The notes beneath the pieces were generated by a model. The model did not search any database and was not told the DNA's origin. It worked only from the letters and a program-made list of their open reading frames with translations. Shown piece after piece: positions 1 to 9,457 of a DNA stretch of 64,000 bases (position 1 is the stretch's first letter; every line of letters starts with the position of its first letter). A program made the translations under genes and the position numbers. Source of the DNA: Sedimentisphaerales bacterium (GTDB taxonomy: Bacteria > Planctomycetota > Phycisphaerae > Sedimentisphaerales > Anaerobacaceae); the NCBI GenBank assembly GCA_963708075.1, contig OY970194.1:1600001-1664000 (forward strand). The letters are read 5' to 3'.

Positions 1-571
1 CGAATGATCGCGCAGATAGTCGAGCAGTTGATCCATCCGAGAACCTGCCCCGGCCTCTCTGAACGTGATCGGGCAGCATCTCCGGGTAAATGGTAGCCTT
101 ATTCGGCGCGATCACGAGCAGGTAACGAATCCCTCGCTCGCCGAGCCAGCGCTGCCGCTGCTCCAGCGCATCCTTCCAGGCGTCGAGTTCTGCCGTTGTC
201 ATCCGATTTTGACCGAGAAAGTCCGGGAGAATGCCGGATTTGGTCAGGAATAGCCAGCCGTCTTTTCCGAACAAGACCTTTCCGAATGAACTGCCCTTGC
301 AGAGCTTATATCGGATCCAGTTGTGCCCCTGGATCAGGCCGTTGCGAAAGCCGAAGTGGTCCTGGTAGAAAGCCTCAAACTTCTCGGGAATCGTGTTTAG
401 CGGGTCCCGGCCGAGTGTCGGGCATTCCGTCAACACCCGTTTCTCGCCCAGATCGTGCGTGAGGTCCCAGCCCATGACCCCGCCCACCAGCGGCAGGCAG
501 AGCAGAGCAGAAAATGCCAGCGCCAGCAGTACATCGGCCCGGCTTCTTGTGAATGGCGGCTTCGTGCTCAT
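1..571 (-). CDS. AlgJ/AlgX-family (SGNH-like) polysaccharide O-acetyltransferase, runs off the window start; apparent frameshift near 62
   Basis: Not in the ORF track. Manual translation from ATG at 571 (GAGGA upstream) gives an N-terminal TM helix, then EAFYQDHFGFRN, VLFGKDGWLFL and LLVIAPNKATIYPEMLP. The family-like continuation SRMDQLLDYLRDH is in a shifted frame. Lies directly downstream of the MBOAT gene. Confidence 0.8.
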   Translation of the reverse strand, partial: MSTKPPFTRSRADVLLALAFSALLCLPLVGGVMGWDLTHDLGEKRVLTECPTLGRDPLNTIPEKFEAFYQDHFGFRNGLIQGHNWIRYKLCKGSSFGKVLFGKDGWLFLTKSGILPDFLGQNRMTTAELDAWKDALEQRQRWLGERGIRYLLVIAPNKATIYPEMLPDHVQRGRGRFSDGSTARLSARSF

Positions 572-579
572 CGCTGTCC

Positions 580-2115
580 TCAGAACCTGAAATAGATGAA
601 CGGGTTGTGAGTGCCGGCGGAGAGAAACATCGCGCAGAGCACGAAAAGCGTGCACACACAGAATAGACGACACGCAGAGACCGTCCACTCCGCTGTTCCG
701 CGTGCGGCGCCCGTGAGCCGGGCCAGTCCCTGGCTCATAGAGCCGGCAAGGGCGGGCAGGAGCGGCATTGAAAACATGATTCCGGCGATCAGCGCGATCC
801 TGACCTCTCGCGTCAAGTACCAGTCGAGTTCCCGCGTCGTGGCGGCATCGGCCGCGACCCCGAACATGGTCGCCAGGAATCCCGCCGCATGGGTCAGGCT
901 GGGTGAGGCAAAAATCACCCATCCGCACAGGATCGTCAGCAGAGCATAGACGTGCCGGATCAGGGGATGACGACGGGCCATGAATCTCTGCAACCCCACC
1001 CTCTCCAGGACCAGGAAGAAGCCGTGGTACAGGCCCCAGACCACGAATGTCCAACTGGCGCCATGCCACAGGCCGCACAAGGTGAACACGACAGCCAGAT
1101 TCGCGTATGTGCGCGCCGGCGATCTGCGGTTGCCGCCGAGCGGGATATAAAGGTAGTCTCGAAACCAGGTCGACAGGGAGATGTGCCAGCGCTGCCAGAA
1201 CTCCCGCATGGACTGGGAGATGTATGGATAGTTGAAGTTCTCCGGGAAGGAGAAGCCCAGCATGTGACCCATCCCGATCGCCATATCGGAGTACCCGGAG
1301 AAATCGAAGTAGATTTGCACGGCGAAGCACACGGCGCCAAACCAGGCGATGCTTGGGCTGAGGTGGTCTGTCGGCAGGGCAAATATCTCCTCGGCGGCCA
1401 CGGATATCGTATTCGCGATGAGCAATTTCTTGGCCAGGCCGATCACGAATCGATTGACGCCCGAAGCGAAGAGGCCGACGTTGATTGTGCGGGATTGCAG
1501 TTGCTCGGCGATGTCACGATAGCGGACGATCGGCCCTGCCACCAACTGCGGAAACATCGCAACGTAGCAGGCGAAATCGACGAGGTTGCGCGTCGCACGG
1601 ACTTGGCCGCGGTAGACGTCGATGGTGTAGCTCATGGCCTGGAAGGTATAGAAACTGATCCCCAGGGGCAGCGTAATCCGAATGGCGTCGTGCCAGACAA
1701 GACCGGACAGACCCAGAGCGGTCATCAGGTTATTGAAGCTCTCTACTCCGAAGTTGAAGTACTTGAAGATCCCGAGAATCGTGAGGTTGGCACAGACGGA
1801 AGCGGCCAGGCCGGCCTTTTGACGCCAGTTGCGCGGCCCCTGGAGCGGCAGTTGCTGAACATCGCCGGATCGATAGGCGCCCGAGATGACCAGGCCGCCC
1901 GCGTAATTGATCAGTATCGACGCGAGGAAAATCCATATGAGGGATTTCTCGCCCCAGAAGTAGAAGACCAGGCTTGAGATCAGGAGAAACACATTGCTGG
2001 CCTGCCACCAGAGCCTGTTTCGAAGGCCGAACAGCGCTGGAGCCACAAGCAGAAAGTAACCCGCCATGACGATCGGCAGGAAAAACAGTACGAAGATCAC
2101 CGAGCTAAAAACCAT
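580..2115 (-). CDS. algI: MBOAT family O-acyltransferase (AlgI/DltB-like)
   Basis: MVFSS start, LPLGISFYTFQAMSY, FPQLVAGPIVRY, QIYFDFSGYSDMAIG, FWQRWHISLSTWFRDYLYIPLGGNR, GLWHGA, C-terminal NPFIYFRF. Confidence 0.93.
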   Translation of the reverse strand: MVFSSVIFVLFFLPIVMAGYFLLVAPALFGLRNRLWWQASNVFLLISSLVFYFWGEKSLIWIFLASILINYAGGLVISGAYRSGDVQQLPLQGPRNWRQKAGLAASVCANLTILGIFKYFNFGVESFNNLMTALGLSGLVWHDAIRITLPLGISFYTFQAMSYTIDVYRGQVRATRNLVDFACYVAMFPQLVAGPIVRYRDIAEQLQSRTINVGLFASGVNRFVIGLAKKLLIANTISVAAEEIFALPTDHLSPSIAWFGAVCFAVQIYFDFSGYSDMAIGMGHMLGFSFPENFNYPYISQSMREFWQRWHISLSTWFRDYLYIPLGGNRRSPARTYANLAVVFTLCGLWHGASWTFVVWGLYHGFFLVLERVGLQRFMARRHPLIRHVYALLTILCGWVIFASPSLTHAAGFLATMFGVAADAATTRELDWYLTREVRIALIAGIMFSMPLLPALAGSMSQGLARLTGAARGTAEWTVSACRLFCVCTLFVLCAMFLSAGTHNPFIYFRF

Positions 2116-2217
2116 GCTTTACAGCCACCATGCTCCCCGGGCTCGATGTTCTCCAATCGCGCGACTGATTCTGCCGCTACAGCCTATACCGAGAGCCCGA
2201 ATCCAATCTGCGGCGTC

Positions 2218-2245
2218 ATTATACGCTGCAGGCATATGCTGTCAA
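2218..2245 (-). promoter_or_regulatory. sigma70-type promoter for the algI-algJ operon
   Basis: Minus strand TTGACA-16 nt-TATAAT with both hexamers perfect, about 100 bp upstream of the algI start. Confidence 0.65.
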
Positions 2246-2300
2246 CAGCACTTCGATGAGCAGAACGCTGAGTCACGGACAGAAGGCAGAGGGAACGACG

Positions 2301-2328
2301 TTGATTCAACCACCGCGGACACTATAAT
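2301..2328 (+). promoter_or_regulatory. Divergent sigma70-type promoter for the methyltransferase gene
   Basis: TTGATT-16 nt-TATAAT upstream of ATG 2383. Confidence 0.5.
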
Positions 2329-2382
2329 GGGCGCGACGAGTCGGTATCGTGTGCCAGATGGGTGTACCTTTACGGAGTGTCG

Positions 2383-3021
2383 ATGCGGCCTTTGATCAGA
2401 ATCGACATCAAGAAGATCGTCGACGGCGGCGGGCGTGTTGTCGTCGAATTGGGCTCCGGCGCCAAAGGCGTCGAGAAGCGGATTACCATCGATAAGGTTG
2501 ACCTGCCGGGGGTCGACATCGTTGCGGATCTGGAGAATGGTCTGCCGTATCTGCCTGATCGGTCCGTCGATGAGATTCATTGCCGCAGCGTTCTCGAACA
2601 TATCGAGAATTTCGAAGGTTTGATGGGCGAGATCGTGCGGGTGCTGAAGGACGACGGTACAGCCCATGTCTTTGTGCCGCACTTTTCCAATCCGTATTCC
2701 TATTCCGATTACACCCACAAGCGGTTCTTCGGCCTGTACAGCTTCTACTACTTCGTGTCGCCGGAGAAGCAACTCCGCAGGAGAGTACCGGATTTTTACA
2801 CCACCACTCGGATCGAGATTCTGTCGCAGCGGCTGGTCTTCCGATCGTCATTCCAGCTCCTCAAGCCGGCAAGAAAGCTGATGACCTGGCTTGTCAATCT
2901 GCACGCGTCCCTGCAGCAGCACTACGAAGAGAACTTGTGCTACCTGTTTCCATGTCACGGCATCGAGGTCGTCTTCCGGCCCGATCGGCGCGCCCTCGCG
3001 CCGGCGGCTCAGGCTGAGTGA
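2383..3021 (+). CDS. Class I SAM-dependent methyltransferase (Methyltransf_11-like, glycan-locus type)
   Basis: VVELGSG motif [38 protein letters not shown] before ATG 2383. Confidence 0.85.
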   Translation: MRPLIRIDIKKIVDGGGRVVVELGSGAKGVEKRITIDKVDLPGVDIVADLENGLPYLPDRSVDEIHCRSVLEHIENFEGLMGEIVRVLKDDGTAHVFVPHFSNPYSYSDYTHKRFFGLYSFYYFVSPEKQLRRRVPDFYTTTRIEILSQRLVFRSSFQLLKPARKLMTWLVNLHASLQQHYEENLCYLFPCHGIEVVFRPDRRALAPAAQAE

Positions 3022-4106
3022 CTCGCAGCGATGATGTCCGCGACGTGGCGAAGCTCCTTCGGATCGAGCCACGGATGCATCGGCAAGGACAGAATTTCGG
3101 CGCAGGCCCGATCAGTCACCGGCAGCTCCACACCTGACGCTATCTGAGCATACGCCTCCTGACGGTGCACCGGAATTGGGTAGTGGATCTGGCTTTGCAC
3201 CCCCTCTTGTGACAGGCGGCGCTGGAGTGCGTCCCGGTCTTTGGAACGGATGACGTAGAGATGGTACACGTGCTTGACATCAGGCAGCTCGACCGGCGTG
3301 GCGACGTCCGCGTTGCGCAGCATTTCGTTGTACAGCGTGGCCAATTGCCTCCGCCGCTCGTTCCATTCATCAAGGTAACGCAGCTTCACCCTCAGGACAG
3401 CGGCCTGGATCTCATCCAGTCTGCTGTTGACCCCGACCAGGACATGGTGGTATTTGCGCGGCTGGCCGTAGTTTCGCAGCAATCGCAGCCGGGCCGCGAT
3501 CTCTTCATCATTGGTGGTCACCATCCCACCGTCACCGTAGGCGCCCAGGTTCTTCGTCGGATAGAAGCTGAAACAGCCCACGTGACCGATCCCGCCGACC
3601 TTCCTGCCCCGATACTGGGCCCCGTGCGCCTGGCAAGCATCTTCCACCACGGACAGGCGGTGCCGCTCTGCGATGGCCATGATCGGTTCCATGTCGGCCG
3701 GCTGTCCGAAAATATGCACCGGCATGATGGCCTTCGTCCGCTCGGTGATTCTCTCTTCGACCCTGGCCGGGTCCAGGCAGAACGTCTGAGGGTCGATATC
3801 GACGAAAACCGGTTTCGCGCGATTTCTTACGATGCCGTCGACTGTGGATATGAACGTGTGTGACGGCGTGATTACCTCATCGTTCTCGCCCACACCGACC
3901 GCTTTGAGCGCCAACAGGATGGCATCGGACCCGGAGTTCAGACCCACAGCGAACTTCGTCCCGACATAGTGCCCGAATTCCGCCTCAAAACCCTCCAGCT
4001 CGTCCCCCAGGATGAACCAGCCGCGATGCAGGACGCGTTCGATCGCCGCTCGAATCTCGCCGGCTATCGCCTCATGCTCCTTCTTCAGGCATACGAATTC
4101 GATCAT
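3009..4106 (-). CDS. fdtB: DegT/DnrJ/EryC1/StrS PLP aminotransferase (FdtB-like sugar 3-aminotransferase)
   Basis: [45 protein letters not shown] 4106 overlaps the upstream stop (ATGA). Confidence 0.9.
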   Translation of the reverse strand: MIEFVCLKKEHEAIAGEIRAAIERVLHRGWFILGDELEGFEAEFGHYVGTKFAVGLNSGSDAILLALKAVGVGENDEVITPSHTFISTVDGIVRNRAKPVFVDIDPQTFCLDPARVEERITERTKAIMPVHIFGQPADMEPIMAIAERHRLSVVEDACQAHGAQYRGRKVGGIGHVGCFSFYPTKNLGAYGDGGMVTTNDEEIAARLRLLRNYGQPRKYHHVLVGVNSRLDEIQAAVLRVKLRYLDEWNERRRQLATLYNEMLRNADVATPVELPDVKHVYHLYVIRSKDRDALQRRLSQEGVQSQIHYPIPVHRQEAYAQIASGVELPVTDRACAEILSLPMHPWLDPKELRHVADIIAASHSA

Positions 4107-4684
4107 GCCCGCCGCACCATGCCTTCTGCGTCCAGGATGTACGCCTGCCCGCATTTGCACCGTGCTGTCGACCCCTCGAAAACCAGGTCCGCCGCACACT
4201 GACAAACGTAGCCTTTCACCCTCGCGGGATTCCCGTAGACGAGAGCGTGATCGGGGACATCCCGCGTTACGACGCTGCCCGCGCCGATTATCGCCCACCG
4301 CCCGATGGTGACGCCGCATACCACCGTGGCATTGGCCCCGACACTGGCGCCCGTCCGGATACGGGTCTTCGTGTATTCACTGGGATATGCCTTGCTTCGT
4401 GGGCGGATGTCATTCGTGAATGTGGCATTGGGGCCGATGAAGACGTTGTCCTCCAGGATCAAGCCATCCCACAGGTACACGCCGCACTTGATCGTCACAT
4501 GATCGCCGATGATCACGTCGCCCTCGACGAATGTATGATCGCACAGATTGCAGTCCTGACCGATACGAGCTCCCGGCAGGACGTGCGCGAATGCCCAGAT
4601 CCGTGTCCCCGGACCGATGTGCGGCGTCTCGACAATCGCCTGTGGATGGATGTACGCCGTGCCGGTGCTCTTGATCTCAGCCAT
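4103..4684 (-). CDS. Hexapeptide-repeat sugar N-acetyltransferase (WxcM/WbpD-like) with C-terminal Cys cluster
   Basis: [42 protein letters not shown]-terminal CQC...CKCG. Confidence 0.88.
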   Translation of the reverse strand: MAEIKSTGTAYIHPQAIVETPHIGPGTRIWAFAHVLPGARIGQDCNLCDHTFVEGDVIIGDHVTIKCGVYLWDGLILEDNVFIGPNATFTNDIRPRSKAYPSEYTKTRIRTGASVGANATVVCGVTIGRWAIIGAGSVVTRDVPDHALVYGNPARVKGYVCQCAADLVFEGSTARCKCGQAYILDAEGMVRRA

Positions 4685-5097
4685 GGCCGTCTGCCTCGCG
4701 CGATTCGCTTGAACTCGTCGTAATCGCGTATATAGTCCTTCTCTTCATACAGTTGCGACGCGAGGACCAGGCACACGGAGCCTGAGGAGAAATTGTCGAT
4801 CTCACGCCAGATCATCGTGGGGACGTAGAGACCGTAGTATGACCGGTTCAGATAAAAGGTCTGCCGGGTGGTCCCATCATCCGTGATGACGCTGAAGCTG
4901 CCACTGGCCGCCACGATGAATTGCTCCAGATGCCGGTGCGCGTGCCCGCCGCGTGCGGCCCCGCCCGGAACATCGTACAGATAGTACACGCGCTTGGGAT
5001 CGAACGGGATATGCCGGCCACCCTCGATGAAGGTGAGGTTCCCCCGCTGATCGACAACCTTCGGAAGCTCGATGATCCTGCACACCGACATATCCAT
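4513..5097 (-). CDS. fdtA: FdtA/QdtA cupin, dTDP-4-keto-6-deoxyhexose 3,4-isomerase
   Basis: DQRGNL, KRVYYLYDVP, RGGHAH, LVLASQLYEEKDYIRDY; AAGGAG before ATG 5097. Homology appears to end near 4690, but the frame runs on into the next gene. Confidence 0.85.
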   Translation of the reverse strand: MDMSVCRIIELPKVVDQRGNLTFIEGGRHIPFDPKRVYYLYDVPGGAARGGHAHRHLEQFIVAASGSFSVITDDGTTRQTFYLNRSYYGLYVPTMIWREIDNFSSGSVCLVLASQLYEEKDYIRDYDEFKRIARGRRPWLRSRAPARRTSIHRRLSRRRTSVRGHGSGHSRTSCRELVSVRTAICAIIHSSRAT

Positions 5098-5225
5098 GGC
5101 GGCTCCTTCTATCAAACCATTCCAGACACAGGCATTATACGCATGCCCGACGCGCAGGCAAGATGCGAATCCCCGAGGTCTGAGGGTGCATCGGCCGTCG
5201 TCATGGACGTGTTCCGGACATGCAG

Positions 5226-6620
5226 CTACGATGATCGGCCCGTCTCCGCCGCGCACGAAGCCGCCAGACGCTCCATATCCTTGCGGTGCCCGATTTGAGA
5301 CGTCCATCGCCACCTATGGACAGTGAGCGCATCCAAGTCCGTCAGGACGGGCCCGTCCGGACTAATGAGGATGTTCGAATGTTTCATGTCGCCGTGGGTG
5401 ATGCGGCAGTCGCCCAGTCGTCTCAGCAGGTTCTCGACCTGTGCCATTCGTTCCCGCCGATCCTCCATGCTGACGGCGTCGTCATGGAGGAAATGGTCGA
5501 GCCTGCGGCCCGTGACGTATTCCGTCACGATATAAGAGCACCATACGAGGGGGCCTCTCCGCCGCTCAACATAGGCCAGTGGCTCCGGGGTACTGATGCC
5601 CAGGAAGCGCAGCCGGTGTCCATGGATCCAACTGCGCCGTGCACGTGACATCTTCACCGCGTGGCGCAGGGAATGGATCACTCCCTTGTGGTTATACCGT
5701 TTGATCACAATCTGCCTGCCGTTCCATACTGTACAGCAGACCTGGGACGTATTACCGGCCTTGAGAGCCTTGCCTTGCTCCATCAACTCGTCCAGCCGTC
5801 GCACGAACTCGAGTGGGTCGGCCCCATCGCAGAATGCCCGGTCCAACAAGGCCCGGCAGCCTCCCGCTTTGACCTGCAGATGCTTGCTGTTCTCCCGTTG
5901 ATACTTGCGCAACACGCGCTCGATCGCACGCCTCTTGTCCCGTCGCATGAGGGTGTCCAGGACGGCTTCATCCGATGGATGCCGGGGCCAGCCGCGCACT
6001 TGAAGGTACTCCTGGAGGATGAGACAAGTGGGCAGACGGCGTTCGTCAGGCAGGCCCGACAGGAACTCCGCCAACTGTAACAGACCTCTCCTTCTGCCAA
6101 TCGGCCGGGACTCAAACCGGATCTGCCCCGGATCGATGGCCACGATCCGGTCGCCCTGGACGAGGAAGTTGTTCAGATTCGGATCCTTCTGTAACACTCC
6201 TTTGCCATGACAGTGCGCCAGTTCCTGACACAGCCGTACCGCGTCCTCAAGGGCCACAGGATGATTACAAGCCGTTACCAGAGACTCTCGCAACGAGCGA
6301 GCGTCGGTAATCCTCTCGATCACGATCGCCCAATCACCTTTGTCTGTCCTGCCATGCAACAAACCCATGGGGGCGTCTATGCCTCGCTCGCGCAACTCCC
6401 TCAGGCCCCACCACTCCCGTCGCAGGTGCCGACGAGCATGAAACCGACTGGCGAATACCTTGACGATTACCGGCCTGTCGTTCCACACGGCGTCATAGAC
6501 ATAGCGTTTGCCGGGCACCATACGTAGTAGTGCAATACACGTTAGCTGCTCCGTGCCCGGCGGAGAATCCCGTTCTATCCGCAGATGGAAGGGGCAGTTG
6601 TCCAAAGCATTCCTCGTCAA
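5226..6620 (-). CDS. Lipopolysaccharide kinase (Kdo/WaaP/InaA family), two tandem kinase domains
   Basis: Domain 1: VIVKVF, QKDPNLNNFL, IDP. Domain 2: IVIKRYN, SRARRSW, HGDMKHSNIL, LTDLD. Confidence 0.8.
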   Translation of the reverse strand: MTRNALDNCPFHLRIERDSPPGTEQLTCIALLRMVPGKRYVYDAVWNDRPVIVKVFASRFHARRHLRREWWGLRELRERGIDAPMGLLHGRTDKGDWAIVIERITDARSLRESLVTACNHPVALEDAVRLCQELAHCHGKGVLQKDPNLNNFLVQGDRIVAIDPGQIRFESRPIGRRRGLLQLAEFLSGLPDERRLPTCLILQEYLQVRGWPRHPSDEAVLDTLMRRDKRRAIERVLRKYQRENSKHLQVKAGGCRALLDRAFCDGADPLEFVRRLDELMEQGKALKAGNTSQVCCTVWNGRQIVIKRYNHKGVIHSLRHAVKMSRARRSWIHGHRLRFLGISTPEPLAYVERRRGPLVWCSYIVTEYVTGRRLDHFLHDDAVSMEDRRERMAQVENLLRRLGDCRITHGDMKHSNILISPDGPVLTDLDALTVHRWRWTSQIGHRKDMERLAASCAAETGRSS

Positions 6621-6972
6621 CGATCACTCCACATCACGGGCAAATGACACAGCCCAGCCCTCGCCACGATAGAAAGGAACAAATCGTTTCGTATCGTGCG
6701 GAGGGGCCGGCCTGCTATCGCTTCTGGGCAGCATGTGCCCTTTCGGGCTCCCGAATTCGTTCATGAATAGCATATCCACGATTAGAGTGCCTCAAGGCGG
6801 GATTGTCAACCTCGTCGCAAATATGACGCCCGTGCTGCTTTCCGGGCAGCCCGCCAGGTGAAGGCCGGCCTCTTGCCTGTAACACTGCCATGCAATAGAA
6901 TCTGCATCGGCCTGTATGGGAATTCCGGCAGTGGGCCGGCCGGTGGATCAACGTGATTGGAGAATAGACGAG

Positions 6973-7644
6973 ATGTGGAGAATCCTTGTGCCCGCCGTCG
7001 TTGCGGCATATCTGGTCGGCTCGATCCCATTCGGCGTCCTCATCGCCCGGGCGCACGGCAAGGACTTGCGCACGATCGGCTCGGGCAATATCGGGGCCAC
7101 CAACGTGTCTCGCGCCCTCGGCAGGAAATGGGGCTACATCTGCTTCGGCCTCGACGTGTTCAAGGGCCTGCTCCCCATGGTTGCCTTCCGGGCCATCGCC
7201 CTGCCGCACATCGCTGCGACAATCCACGGCCCGGCGGTGATGGCTTCATGGCTACTCGTCGGCATCGCCGCCATCCTCGGCCACATCTTCCCGGTATACC
7301 TGGGCTTCAAGGGCGGCAAAGGCGTCGCCACCAGCTTCGGTGTCGGTCTGGGCCTGTGGCCCTATTTCACGATCTGCGCCCTGATCGCCTTAGCCGTCTG
7401 GGTCGCCGTTGTTCTGATCTGGCGATACGTTTCGCTTGCCTCCCTCTGTGCCGCTCTGGCATTCCCCCTGTCGCTGATCCTCGGCATCCTCGTCACTCCA
7501 ACGTGGGACAACACGAACCTCTGGCCCCTCCTCATCGCCGCCATCCTGATCCCCCTGCTCGTCATCCTCCGCCACCGCCAGAACATCCACAGACTCCTGG
7601 CCGGCACGGAGACCAAAATCCGTGAAAAACACCGGCCCGCGTAA
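6973..7644 (+). CDS. plsY: Glycerol-3-phosphate 1-O-acyltransferase PlsY
   Basis: YLVGSIPFG, GSGNIGATNVSR, DVFKG, GHIFP..FKGGKGVAT, YVSLAS, RHRQNIHRLLAGTE. Confidence 0.96.
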   Translation: MWRILVPAVVAAYLVGSIPFGVLIARAHGKDLRTIGSGNIGATNVSRALGRKWGYICFGLDVFKGLLPMVAFRAIALPHIAATIHGPAVMASWLLVGIAAILGHIFPVYLGFKGGKGVATSFGVGLGLWPYFTICALIALAVWVAVVLIWRYVSLASLCAALAFPLSLILGILVTPTWDNTNLWPLLIAAILIPLLVILRHRQNIHRLLAGTETKIREKHRPA

Positions 7645-7702
7645 CGCCGCCAGTCAAGTCAGTGTGCGACTAATTTTCGTGGGGGGGGGCCGAGCGTCCA
7701 CC

Positions 7703-7800
7703 CTGTCATCCTGAGCGTCGGCGAAGGATCTGGGCTGAGCGTGGTAACAAGCGTTGGTCCCGTTCGTGGGCCAGATGCTTCGCTTCGCTCAGCACGACAG
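7703..7800. repeat. REP-like inverted doublet, GTCATCCTGAGC family (copy 1)
   Basis: ctgtcatcctgagcgtcggcgaaggatctgg ... ccagatgcttcgcttcgctcagcacgacag; related copy at 56448-56543. Confidence 0.85.
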
Positions 7801-7863
7801 ACAAAGGGCTGCTCGCCCACGAAACATAGTCGCACACTCAAGTCACGACCTCTAAGATTTAGC

Positions 7864-7893
7864 TTGACGCCGGGAGGGGTGTGCTCCTATACT
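7864..7893 (+). promoter_or_regulatory. sigma70-type promoter
   Basis: TTGACG-18 nt-TATACT upstream of the 8008 gene. Confidence 0.5.
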
Positions 7894-8007
7894 GAGTGCA
7901 GGAGCCAGGGATCCAAGGCTAAGTCGTTAACGCGCAAGGTGTGCGCATTGGACGGACGGAGAATGTCTGTCCCAAGAGAACCGGGGGAAAAATGAAGGAG
8001 TACTGCG

Positions 8008-9093
8008 ATGAAGCGTGTAAAGGTTCTGGTTATCCTGACAGCATCAGTCTTTATGGCAGGCTCTGCCTTTGCCAGCGAGCCCATCCTGGGGCCGAATGAC
8101 CCGATTATCGCCGTCGATGCCGACGGGATCGTGTCGGCCAGCAGCTATCCGGCGGCCGAAGCGCCGGCCTATGTGCTGGACGGCAATCCCGCTACGAAGT
8201 ACCTGAACCGTGGCGGCGGCGGCAGCGGGTTTATTGTCACCCCGGCCACTGCGATCATGGTGCAGAGTTTTACCCTGACCACGGCCAATGACTCAGCCAC
8301 TCGCGACCCGGCCACATGGGAACTCTACGGCACGACCGATCCTATTAAGAGTCTCGACAACACCGCCGGGACGGCCGAGAGCTGGACCCTCATCGCCTCG
8401 GGCACCGTGGAGTTGCCCACAGAGCGACTGACCGTTGGCCCGGTTGTCTCCTTCGAGAGCTTTGCCGTTTACTCCTCGTTCAAAATGGTCTTCCCGAAGA
8501 CAAAGGGCTCTGCCACGATGCAGGTCGCGGACGTGGCGTTCTATGCCCTGCCCGGCGCACAGGGCCCGAATGTGCTTTTGCCGACGAATCCCATTCTGGC
8601 GGTTCAACAGAGTTGGCAGAGCCGCTATCCGACTAATGAGATTCCGGCCAGATGCATTGACGGCAATGACGCGACCAAGTACCTGAACTTCGGCAAAGTG
8701 AACTCCGGCTTCATCGTGACGCCCTCGATCGGAGCATCCATGTTGGACAGCTTCCAGATCACCACCGCCAACGACTCCCCGGAGCGTGACCCGGTCGTTT
8801 GGATGGTCTACGGCACAAACGATCCGATCACGAGTGTCGACAACAGTGACGGCGTCGCGGAGAAATGGACGCTGATTTGCGGCGGCACGTTGGCCCTGCC
8901 GGACGAACGACTCGCGGCCGGCCCGGTGTATGTCATCGCCAACCAGGCAGAGCCATACACGTCATACAAGACGGTGTTCGAAACCGTGAAGGACGCGGCC
9001 AAAGCCAACTCGATGCAGATTGCCGAGATTCAGTTCTTCGGCATCCCGGTTCCGCCAGTGGAGCCCCCTGTGGAGCCCCCGGTACAGCCATAA
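8008..9093 (+). CDS. Secreted protein with two tandem discoidin/galactose-binding-like domains and a Pro-rich tail
   Basis: Signal peptide (AFA); duplicated unit YP..E.P...DG...TKYLN.G...SGFIVTP...SF..TTAND...RDP..W..YGT.DPI; tail PVPPVEPPVEPPVQP; AAGGAG RBS. Confidence 0.75.
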   Translation: MKRVKVLVILTASVFMAGSAFASEPILGPNDPIIAVDADGIVSASSYPAAEAPAYVLDGNPATKYLNRGGGGSGFIVTPATAIMVQSFTLTTANDSATRDPATWELYGTTDPIKSLDNTAGTAESWTLIASGTVELPTERLTVGPVVSFESFAVYSSFKMVFPKTKGSATMQVADVAFYALPGAQGPNVLLPTNPILAVQQSWQSRYPTNEIPARCIDGNDATKYLNFGKVNSGFIVTPSIGASMLDSFQITTANDSPERDPVVWMVYGTNDPITSVDNSDGVAEKWTLICGGTLALPDERLAAGPVYVIANQAEPYTSYKTVFETVKDAAKANSMQIAEIQFFGIPVPPVEPPVEPPVQP

Positions 9094-9150
9094 CCAACGA
9101 GCAATCCCGGCATCCGAGTTCAATTGGATTCTGGGGACCGCGTAGAATAG

Positions 9151-9249
9151 AACGGCGGTCCGTTAAGTCGGCAGGCATGTGCGGAATCTTCGTTTCCGAC
9201 CCGGAAACGAGGATCGGTACGGCAGGCATGACTTTAACGGACCGCCGTT
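9151..9249. repeat. Long imperfect hairpin (about 100 nt)
   Basis: Outer arms aacggcggtccgttaagtc / gactttaacggaccgccgtt; inner stem atcttcgtttccg / cggaaacgaggat; ggcaggcatg occurs twice. Confidence 0.75.
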
Positions 9250-9457
9250 TGACATATCATACTCATTTCTCCCCGTATGAACTGCCTTCAGAGGGCAAGG
9301 AAACGCTTGCCTTTGGCTGCAGCGAAGGTACCATAGGTCACGGAGTCGGCGGCGTGGAGCAGCAGACCTTGTTGATCGACTGTGCACGGACTCGTCCGTG
9401 ACAGGCTGACGCCAATGCCGCCAGGAATCTGCAGAAGTAGTTTTTAGGAGGCCCACG

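Noticed and set aside
7681..7689. G9 tract as a phase-variation switch
   Set aside because: Intergenic, downstream of plsY and not within a promoter spacer or CDS; homopolymer length is also unreliable in this assembly.
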